The position numbers and the translations under genes are program-made. A stretch of 32,000 nt of DNA from Marinomonas mediterranea MMB-1 (GTDB lineage: Bacteria > Pseudomonadota > Gammaproteobacteria > Pseudomonadales > Marinomonadaceae): contig NC_015276.1 in assembly GCF_000192865.1 (NCBI RefSeq), forward strand, positions 1,994,364 to 2,026,363. The letters run 5' to 3'. The notes below the pieces were generated by a model. It saw only the letters and a program-made list of their open reading frames with translations. It had not been told where the DNA came from and did no database searches. Positions 16,797-23,122 of the stretch are shown piece by piece (the first letter of the stretch is position 1; each line of letters begins with the position of its first letter).

Positions 16797-18161
16797 ATGT
16801 TCATGGATATTGTACTTTTTAATAGCTATGGTAATTTACTAGAAAATAATTATTTCTTTTTGTTTCTCCCAATAATTTTTACTATATTTGTACGTAGTTA
16901 TTTCAAACTTAATAACTCTCACTCTACAAATATTCTTCTTTTAAAATCAAGTGTCTTTCTATTACCAACTTTAATTTTTGTGACGCTGAACTTTCTTAAT
17001 ATGTACAATAAGGATAGTAGTGAAGTTAGTGAACTAAGTGAAGTTAGTGAACTAAGTGAAGTTAGTGAAGTCAGTGAAGTCAGTGAAGTCAGTGAAGTCA
17101 GTGAAGTTAGTAAATTTAGTAAAGCCTCAATTGCACTTGTTTTATCCGATCTTGACTTCGCAGGTATGTTACTATGCTACTTGTTATATGCTATGGCATC
17201 AGCATGGATTACTAATTGTTTATGTCGTAAATATAGTGTGTACAACTACAAGCGGAAGAATAAACATCAGAACATTTCGGAACCTTGCTTAACAAATTCA
17301 CAGAATGATGAGCAACCGTCCTGTTTTACTCCAAAGCAGGACGAGGTCTTTGGCTATCCCTTTGAGCCACTTACAGAGAATTCGCCTTCCTACTTTACCA
17401 GAAATCAAAAGGAGGAATGTCGCCTTATCCCAGAGCCAGACGACTTGCCTCGAAACTATTTACTGTCTCTTGAAAGTGCTCGATATACTTTCTTTAATTG
17501 CTCTAAGAGCAATGAGGAGCTAACTTTGTTCGAAAAAATAGATTTTAGTCTTTGTTGTTTTATTTCGCAGGCTAATAATATTAATGCCGATTACAGCGAA
17601 AAGTTTGCAAAACTTAAGAAAGGCTTTTGGTTAAATAGAGGTGAATTTGGCCGCAAACTAAACTGCCTTCACGCTGAACGTATTAGCTTGATAACCACGA
17701 GCTTTAATAAATGTTTACTACCACAGAATTCTACTTATCTGTCTGTGAGGTTGCGTATTGAAGATGATGGGGTTTATCGCTGTGTTTTCTCAACTCGACC
17801 AGACGGTCATAGGTATCCAGGCGATATTCCAATTGAGTCCGTAAACTTGATTGATGTGTCGCATCAGAAAAAAAAGATAATTTTGATGTCGGAATACCCT
17901 GATTATCATTTCAATACAGTGAATCGAAGCAATATGAAAAGGACTTGCTATTTAGATTATTTAGTCTACTCAATGGGAGGGGAAAGTAGTGATCATAGTG
18001 ATATCAGTTGTGCTATAGAAATTTTGGACGAAAAAGGCATTAATATTATTAAATATTTAATATCCTTAAAGAAGGTTTTTCCCGCGTTTTCACAAGCGCT
18101 TGACTGGGAATATATCCCTTTAAATAACTTTGAAACAGAGTCATTAAAAGAAAATAAATAG
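16797..18161 (+). CDS. Orphan multi-pass membrane protein with an SEV/SEL tandem repeat and ~300-aa C-terminal domain of unknown function
   Basis: A long ORF in very AT-rich DNA. Hydrophobic segments flank a (SEV/SEL)n loop. ATG candidates are at 16797 and 16803, the latter preceded by GGGGA. No family recognised. Confidence 0.6.
   Translation: MFMDIVLFNSYGNLLENNYFFLFLPIIFTIFVRSYFKLNNSHSTNILLLKSSVFLLPTLIFVTLNFLNMYNKDSSEVSELSEVSELSEVSEVSEVSEVSEVSEVSKFSKASIALVLSDLDFAGMLLCYLLYAMASAWITNCLCRKYSVYNYKRKNKHQNISEPCLTNSQNDEQPSCFTPKQDEVFGYPFEPLTENSPSYFTRNQKEECRLIPEPDDLPRNYLLSLESARYTFFNCSKSNEELTLFEKIDFSLCCFISQANNINADYSEKFAKLKKGFWLNRGEFGRKLNCLHAERISLITTSFNKCLLPQNSTYLSVRLRIEDDGVYRCVFSTRPDGHRYPGDIPIESVNLIDVSHQKKKIILMSEYPDYHFNTVNRSNMKRTCYLDYLVYSMGGESSDHSDISCAIEILDEKGINIIKYLISLKKVFPAFSQALDWEYIPLNNFETESLKENK
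17016..17123 (+). repeat. In-frame 9-bp tandem repeat (AGTGAAGTN/AGTGAACTA, ~10 units plus 2 degenerate)
   Basis: Read directly: agtgaagtt agtgaacta agtgaagtt agtgaacta agtgaagtt (agtgaagtc)x4 agtgaagtt agtaaattt agtaaa. It encodes SEVSELSEVSELSEVSEVSEVSEVSEVSEVSKFSK. Confidence 0.9.
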
Positions 18162-18211
18162 AGCTGTCTCAGTGCCTTTATAATATAATGGGGTAGAGAT
18201 AGGGGGAGTTT

Positions 18212-18394
18212 ATGAAAAGAAAAATTCATATTTGTCAATCACCATCATCTTTTAACTTTGAAGATAGTGAAATATTAAGTCCTAATAAAAAATTAAAGAA
18301 GAAAAAGTCTGTGTACGAGCTTTGTCAATATCAAGTTAACTATACAGAATCTGATTTTAACCTAGTTAAAATATTAAGGAATCGCTTTCAATAA
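18212..18394 (+). CDS. Small hypothetical protein (60 aa), lysine-rich
   Basis: A good SD (GGGGGAG) precedes the ATG at suitable spacing. Same strand as the 456-aa gene and 50 nt downstream of it. Confidence 0.4.
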   Translation: MKRKIHICQSPSSFNFEDSEILSPNKKLKKKKSVYELCQYQVNYTESDFNLVKILRNRFQ

Positions 18395-18522
18395 TATGTT
18401 TTTGTGATTGAGTGGGTCTTGATTATTCGCTAAATTTTCATCGTGAAGGCAAGAGGTGGGGTTGTTATTTAATATTACAGATATTAAATCTTAAGTGTAT
18501 TGATCGTGCCATCGTCCTGATC

Positions 18523-18727
18523 TACCATTACCTTGCACTGGCAAAATCCAGTGTCGGGATTAGTACCCGTTTAACCGTAGCGGCCTAGAACACGCTCCGC
18601 GTGTTTTTTTGTGGCCGGAATCCGCCTGTATGGTGGGTCGGTATCAGGCTAGCTTCGGCTAGGCCGTACCTTTGGGCGGTAGTCTCAACCTGTTATTTGA
18701 CCCACCACCTCTATTGAGATTGAGACC
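18523..18727 (+). repeat. Copy 1 of a ~205-bp direct repeat (promoter -10, leader hairpins, structured RNA unit, target motif)
   Basis: It aligns along its full length with 19486-19691, with scattered substitutions and small indels. A putative promoter is TTGATC-17-TACCAT (18500-18528). Hairpins are CACTGG/CCAGTG, CGGG-attagta-CCCG, and CACGC-tcc-GCGTG followed by T7 (18591-18610). Confidence 0.85.
18632..18709 (+). ncRNA. Candidate c4-like (immI-type) antisense RNA, allele 1
   Basis: A ~78-nt unit is closed by GGTGGGTC/GACCCACC and followed by ACC. It has an internal C(UUCG)G-capped hairpin. GTCTCAA (18682-18688) is complementary to TTGAGAC (18720-18726). Structure is conserved in copy 2 with compensatory changes. 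Confidence 0.45.
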
Positions 18728-18765
18728 TTAGTTTTGGGAATCACAGGCAAGTTGGACGATGTGGT

Positions 18766-19374
18766 CTAGTCTTGGTTATTATACAATGCTAAGATTTTTT
18801 TGGTTCCTTCATTTGCAAAATTCCTCAGCTCTCCATCCCAAGAACCACCATCTTTGGCAATTTTACATACACTTTTTTGAAGGCTAATTAGGTCATTAGG
18901 TTGATAGCCATTCAGTATCGTTTCTGTATAGAATGATTGCGTGAAAATTAAAGAAGATTTATATCTGGCCCAACTTTCATTAACTTTCTGAAGTTTTCTT
19001 TTAGTATCGTCTTCCTTTTTGCTATGCCCTTCATCATGGGTTCTATTTTGACGTATGTATTTTTTAAAGTGATATAGCTCGTCAAGATACACAAATAGCT
19101 CCGAAATATGCATTTCATAGCAAAGGCTAAGCTCTTTAATAGCGGCTGTTTTATTCTCTAAGAAATGCTGTTTTTTTGTTCTCTCTTCCCAAGTGCTGAA
19201 AGATTTATAAGCAAAAAATGCCGCGAAGGCGGTGGCGCATCCGGCAACAATGCCTGCGAAACTAGCAATGTGGGATAGAGCAATGTCTCCTCCGACAGCC
19301 CCTAGCATGTAGCAAAATAACCCAATAAAAAAACTGCACACCCACCAACTAGCATCCTTGAACATACTTTTCAC
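18766..19374 (-). CDS. Orphan membrane protein (202 aa; two N-terminal TM helices plus helical soluble domain)
   Basis: The ORF lies on the opposite strand between the two repeat copies. TM segments are WWVCSFFIGLFCYMLGAVGG and IASFAGIVAGCATAFAAFFAY. AAGGTG lies upstream of the ATG. No family recognised. Confidence 0.6.
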   Translation of the reverse strand: MKSMFKDASWWVCSFFIGLFCYMLGAVGGDIALSHIASFAGIVAGCATAFAAFFAYKSFSTWEERTKKQHFLENKTAAIKELSLCYEMHISELFVYLDELYHFKKYIRQNRTHDEGHSKKEDDTKRKLQKVNESWARYKSSLIFTQSFYTETILNGYQPNDLISLQKSVCKIAKDGGSWDGELRNFANEGTKKILALYNNQD

Positions 19375-19485
19375 ACCTTTTCTGACTGTTTTTGCATTGT
19401 AATCGTCGTATTAAATTTTATGGCGTTTAATATAGCACTTATTAAATTAAAGGGCTTAATGCTTGAAATGCATTCAAGCTAATAC

Positions 19486-19691
19486 TAACATTACCCTGCA
19501 CTGGCAAAATCCAGTGTCGGGATTAGTACCCCGTTTAACCGTAGCGGCCTAAGACACGCACCGCGTGTTTTTTTGTGGCCGAAATCCGCCTGTTATGGTG
19601 GGTCTATTTTGGGCTAGCTTCGGCTAGGCCGTTCCTACGGGCGGTAGTACTAACCTGATTTAGATCCACCACCTTAATAGAGATTAGTACC
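19486..19691 (+). repeat. Copy 2 of the ~205-bp direct repeat, immediately upstream of the KilA-N gene
   Basis: The putative promoter is TTGAAA-17-TAACAT (19463-19491). The hairpin series matches copy 1, including CACGC-acc-GCGTG followed by T7 (19555-19574). Confidence 0.85.
19597..19673 (+). ncRNA. Candidate c4-like (immI-type) antisense RNA, allele 2
   Basis: A 77-nt unit is closed by GGTGGGTCT/AGATCCACC, with one G-U pair tolerated only in plus-strand RNA. GTACTAA (19647-19653) is complementary to TTAGTAC at 19684-19690 and 19524-19530. GGCCGTTCCTACG (19627-19639) is complementary to CGTAGGAGGCC (19716-19726), which covers the downstream SD. Confidence 0.5.
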
Positions 19692-19727
19692 TCTTTAGGG
19701 TGGTCAAACTTCGACCGTAGGAGGCCA

Positions 19728-20306
19728 ATGATGGCTCACTTAATGATTGCTTCAAAAGACATCCGCACACTCGACGGATTGTATTCCCTTAATGATCTTC
19801 ATAAAGCGTCTGGCTCAGAATCGCGCCATTTACCCGCTCAGTTCCTAAGAAACCAACAAACAAAAGAATTAATAGCTGAAATTGATAACTATGCTAATTC
19901 GCATAGTTTAGCGGTAAATAAAAATCAGGGTAGAAGCGGTGGCACTTGGGTCTGCAAAGAACTGGTTTATGCTTACGCCATGTGGATCAGCCCGAAGTTC
20001 AATCTAGAAGTAATTCGCGCCTTCGATCAAGCCCAAACAGAACAACCGCCAGAACCCATTCAACAAAGCTTACCCGCCCCAATCCAAGACGACGAAAAAC
20101 TCAAACTCATTAACGACGTTGCCAAATCTTTAGGCATTACCGAAAGCATCGCCGTCGTCTCCGCCACCGACATCATGGCCATGATCCAAACCATCCGAAA
20201 CTACCAACAACAACTCGCCAGAATCCAAACCAACCCCGCATGGGTCGACCAAACCATCGAACGTGTGAAAACCGCAACAGGACGGGGTTTTGGTGATGGG
20301 ATATAA
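19728..20306 (+). CDS. KilA-N domain protein, antirepressor-like
   Basis: The N-terminal region LYSLNDLHKASG..PAQFLRNQQTKELI..GGTWVCKELVYAYAMWISPKF is a typical KilA-N domain. The AGGAGG SD at 19719-19724 favours the second ATG (19731) as the start. Confidence 0.8.
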   Translation: MMAHLMIASKDIRTLDGLYSLNDLHKASGSESRHLPAQFLRNQQTKELIAEIDNYANSHSLAVNKNQGRSGGTWVCKELVYAYAMWISPKFNLEVIRAFDQAQTEQPPEPIQQSLPAPIQDDEKLKLINDVAKSLGITESIAVVSATDIMAMIQTIRNYQQQLARIQTNPAWVDQTIERVKTATGRGFGDGI

Positions 20307-20344
20307 CACAACTTTTTCTTGAGCGAATGTGATAGTTATCGCTA

Positions 20345-20364
20345 TACTGTATAAATATACAGTA
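20345..20364. promoter_or_regulatory. LexA (SOS) box upstream of umuD
   Basis: TACTGTATAAATATACAGTA is a near-perfect match to the gammaproteobacterial CTGT-N8-ACAG consensus. It ends 1 nt before the umuD ORF. Confidence 0.85.
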
Positions 20365-20365
20365 T

Positions 20366-20821
20366 ATGGTGCTTGCTATGCGTGTGACTTACCTTGGGTC
20401 GGCGGAATCGTCGGCTTTTTTGTCTTCGAACAAGATGCAGATCCCGCTTTATGTCGAGTCTGTGTCTGCCGGGTTTCCGTCTCCAGCGCAGGATTTTGTT
20501 GAGCGTACGCTTGATTTAAACGAGCTGTGCATTCAACACCCCAGTGCAACGTTTTTTGTACGTGCTCAGGGGGATTCGATGATAGAAGCGGGGATTCATT
20601 GCGGGGATGTTCTGGTGGTCGATCGCTCGCTAACGTCTAAACATGGCGACATCGTTATTGCGTGTGTGCATGGGGAAATGACTGTTAAGGTATTGGAGTT
20701 AATGCCTGCTGTCGCGTTGCGACCACGTAATAAAGCGTACCCTGTTATCCCTATCTCGGAAGAAAGCGGTTTAGAGGTGTTTGGTGTTGTCACTGGTGTC
20801 GTGCGTAAGATAGAACGATGA
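20366..20821 (+). CDS. umuD: UmuD-like S24 peptidase (translesion polymerase V accessory subunit)
   Basis: [54 protein letters not shown] is collinear with E. coli UmuD. The start could alternatively be the Met at 20378. Confidence 0.9.
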   Translation: MVLAMRVTYLGSAESSAFLSSNKMQIPLYVESVSAGFPSPAQDFVERTLDLNELCIQHPSATFFVRAQGDSMIEAGIHCGDVLVVDRSLTSKHGDIVIACVHGEMTVKVLELMPAVALRPRNKAYPVIPISEESGLEVFGVVTGVVRKIER

Positions 20822-22089
20822 GTACGGTCTTTGCGTTGGTTGATTGCAATAACTTCTATGCAAGCTGTGAAAAGCTGTTCCGCCCAGATCTAAAATACAA
20901 ACCCGTTGCGGTGTTGTCGAATAATGACGGCTGCATTGTCGCGCGCTCAAAAGAGGTAAAAGCGCTCGGTATTAAAATGGGCGTGCCCGTCTTTAAGATT
21001 CGAGACGAGATCGAAAAGCACGGTATTGTCTGTTTCTCGTCGAATTATGCGCTTTATGCGGATCTATCAAATAGGGTAATGACGCTATTAGAAGAGGAGG
21101 CGCCCCGCGTTGAGGTGTATTCGATTGATGAGGCGTTTATGGATTTATCAGGCATTGAAACCGCGATAGATTACGAAGCCTTTGCTCGTCGTGTAAAACA
21201 TAAGATTGATACATGGACAGGCATTACGGTTGGTATCGGCATTGCGCCCACTAAAACACTTGCCAAGCTTGCTAACCATGCCGCCAAAAAGTACACCGCG
21301 ACGGGTGGCGTGGTGGATTTAATGAATGCAGAGCGACAAAGAAAACTCATGGCATTGGTGGAGGTTGGAGACGTGTGGGGTGTCGGTCGTCGAATCTCTG
21401 AGAAGTTGAGAGCGCTAGGCATTTACACTGCGTTGGATCTCGCAGACAGCGACCCTAAATCTTTACGAAGTGAGTTCTCCGTTGTGTTGGAGCGCACGAT
21501 CCGTGAATTGAATGGCGTGTCGTGTCTTGAGCTTGAAAGCGTGGCCCCCACTAAAAAGCAGATTGTATGCAGTCGCTCGTTTGGGAACCGAATAACGGAT
21601 AAAGCCGAGCTACGAGAAGCCATTGCCAAATACACGACCCGCGCGGCGGAAAAGCTAAGAGGGGAGAAGCGGCTCGCAAGAGTGGTACAGGTGTTTATTC
21701 GGACAGGTGTGTTTAACCCGAATGATCCTCGATATTCCAATTCGTTAAGCGTTGAACTTCCAAACCCGACGGACGATACGAGAGACCTGCTAGAAGCCAC
21801 CGATGTTCTCTTTCGGCGAATTTTCAAAGCGGGGTTTCGTTACGCAAAAGCAGGCGTAATGCTTAGCGACTTTTACGAACACGGCACCTTTCAGGCTGAT
21901 TTATTTCGATCTAACGCTCAACGCGACAATGCAAAACATCTAATGGAAGTGGTTGACCGAATCAACCACAGCGGCCTTGGTAACGTCTTCTTCGCCGCCC
22001 AAGGCACGACACCACAATGGTCAATGAAACGCGACCATCTATCACCGGCTTATACGACTAGGTGGGAGGACTTGCCTAGGGTGAGGTGA
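20818..22089 (+). CDS. umuC: UmuC-like Y-family DNA polymerase
   Basis: [34 protein letters not shown] and [15 protein letters not shown] are present. It has an ATGA overlap with umuD. Confidence 0.93.
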   Translation: MSTVFALVDCNNFYASCEKLFRPDLKYKPVAVLSNNDGCIVARSKEVKALGIKMGVPVFKIRDEIEKHGIVCFSSNYALYADLSNRVMTLLEEEAPRVEVYSIDEAFMDLSGIETAIDYEAFARRVKHKIDTWTGITVGIGIAPTKTLAKLANHAAKKYTATGGVVDLMNAERQRKLMALVEVGDVWGVGRRISEKLRALGIYTALDLADSDPKSLRSEFSVVLERTIRELNGVSCLELESVAPTKKQIVCSRSFGNRITDKAELREAIAKYTTRAAEKLRGEKRLARVVQVFIRTGVFNPNDPRYSNSLSVELPNPTDDTRDLLEATDVLFRRIFKAGFRYAKAGVMLSDFYEHGTFQADLFRSNAQRDNAKHLMEVVDRINHSGLGNVFFAAQGTTPQWSMKRDHLSPAYTTRWEDLPRVR

Positions 22090-22203
22090 GGGGGTGAAAT
22101 TTTTCTAAATGTCGCTGCTAATCGTAAGATGTTGAGTGATTTTTAGTCTAATCTTAAATTGCGGTTTGATCGTTTTTCTTTTTTTATTTGCGGAGGGATT
22201 CAG

Positions 22204-22464
22204 ATGGAATTAATAATCGTTTTTATTGTAGTCGTTGTAATTATTAATGCTTTAACTAATTCAGGGTCAGCGAAATCTAACAGTACCCATTCAAAAAATT
22301 CTGGCAGCGCTCAAAAAAAGCCGATTGCGTGTATGAATTGTGCTGGTACTGGGAAGGTTTGGAAAACATATACAGAGCCTGAAAATAACTTATCAGGGGC
22401 AAGGATGGTTCAAAAGCGGCGTGAAGAGGCTTGTATGGTATGTTTCGGAAAAGGGTATCATTGA
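22204..22464 (+). CDS. Small membrane-anchored protein with DnaJ-type zinc-ribbon motifs (86 aa)
   Basis: GGAGGG SD lies 6 nt before the ATG at 22204. The N-terminus is hydrophobic (MELIIVFIVVVVIINAL). Motifs CMNCAGTGK and CMVCFGKG (CxxCxGxG x2) follow. A strong terminator lies downstream. Confidence 0.55.
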   Translation: MELIIVFIVVVVIINALTNSGSAKSNSTHSKNSGSAQKKPIACMNCAGTGKVWKTYTEPENNLSGARMVQKRREEACMVCFGKGYH

Positions 22465-22482
22465 AGTATTAGTAAAATCTAG

Positions 22483-22504
22483 ACCACCTTCGGGTGGTTT
22501 TTTT
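22483..22504 (+). terminator. Rho-independent terminator after the zinc-ribbon gene
   Basis: ACCACC-ttcg-GGTGGT followed by a T7 run. Confidence 0.8.
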
Positions 22505-22746
22505 ATGCCTAAACTAAACATATCCATCAAAAAAGATATGTGTTTTGCCGCCAACATGCCGCCATTGAGTTGTGAAACCGCTTTGCTCTAGCCCAATAAA
22601 CACAAGGCTTTATATACAAAATGTCGCTTTCATAAGAAGAGAACGACATTTTAAAATCTCGCGCGTAACGCTTGCGACCTCGGGAATTAGACGTTAAAGT
22701 TTCCTCAAGCTGTGAAGATTGTATCTGAGCGGCACGCAAATCATTT

Positions 22747-22775
22747 AAGCCCAGCCAATGTGTTGGGCTTTTTCA
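22747..22775 (+). terminator. Rho-independent terminator 1 upstream of the lysis genes
   Basis: AAGCCCA-(10 nt)-TGGGCTT followed by TTTTC. Confidence 0.6.
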
Positions 22776-22781
22776 TTTCTA

Positions 22782-22805
22782 GCCTCGCGAATTGCGGGGC
22801 TTTTT
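22782..22805 (+). terminator. Rho-independent terminator 2 upstream of the lysis genes
   Basis: GCCTCGC-gaatt-GCGGGGC (one G-U pair) followed by TTTTT. Located 24 nt before the holin ATG. Confidence 0.6.
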
Positions 22806-22828
22806 CGTTTCTGGACTGGACGCACTGT

Positions 22829-23122
22829 ATGAAGTACCTACCGGATGAGCTTCTTCAAACGGCAGTATTTGTGGTGGTCGGTGTGCTGGGTGGCGCTGTG
22901 AAATACCTCCGTGATTTTCAGCATAAAGCTAAAAAATTCTCATTAATTCATATGCTTATCGCCGTGTTTACAGGTGGTTTCTTAGGGATGTTGACGTATT
23001 TTTTATGTACTTCCATGAATATGGGAGGCCCACTTACTGGCTTTATGGCAGGTGTCGCAGGTCTGATGGGCGACGAAGCAATCAAACTATTTATTAACCG
23101 TTTTAAACGAGGCCTCTCATGA
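22829..23122 (+). CDS. Holin-like protein (97 aa, about three TM segments)
   Basis: I prefer the ATG at 22829 because the track's GTG at 22712 would read through two terminators. The hydrophobic segments and charged C-terminus (KLFINRFKRGLS) fit a holin. It overlaps the endolysin start. Confidence 0.6.
   Translation: MKYLPDELLQTAVFVVVGVLGGAVKYLRDFQHKAKKFSLIHMLIAVFTGGFLGMLTYFLCTSMNMGGPLTGFMAGVAGLMGDEAIKLFINRFKRGLS

Noticed and set aside
17016-17123. Short tandem repeats that could suggest a CRISPR array or satellite
   Set aside because: The units are 9 bp and contiguous with no spacers. They are in frame within a long ORF, so this is a coding tandem repeat, not a CRISPR array.
18523-19691. 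Direct repeats considered as tRNA/tmRNA fragments (att duplication), integron attC sites or a MITE
   Set aside because: The ~77-nt unit has a terminal stem but no D, anticodon or T-arm cloverleaf and no GTTCRANYC T-loop. No integron-type integrase is divergent from it, and no R''/L''..L'/R' attC symmetry is present. The copies include aligned promoter elements and guide/target covariation, which fits a transcribed regulatory module better. An att role for the second recombinase is not fully excluded.
21171-21827. Two minus-strand ORFs (83 and 134 aa) inside umuC
   Set aside because: They are antisense to a clearly conserved UmuC coding frame. They are serine/arginine-rich shadow ORFs.
22527-22739. 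70-aa minus-strand ORF, and the 83-aa plus-strand ORF at 22340-22591, in the late leader region
   Set aside because: There is no SD and the orientation conflicts with the surrounding terminators. The plus-strand ORF overlaps the zinc-ribbon gene out of frame and reads through its terminator. The region is better explained as a non-coding regulatory leader.
22712-22828. GTG-initiated 39-codon extension of the holin ORF
   Set aside because: It would be translated through two intrinsic terminator hairpins. The ATG at 22829 gives a typical ~97-aa three-TM holin.
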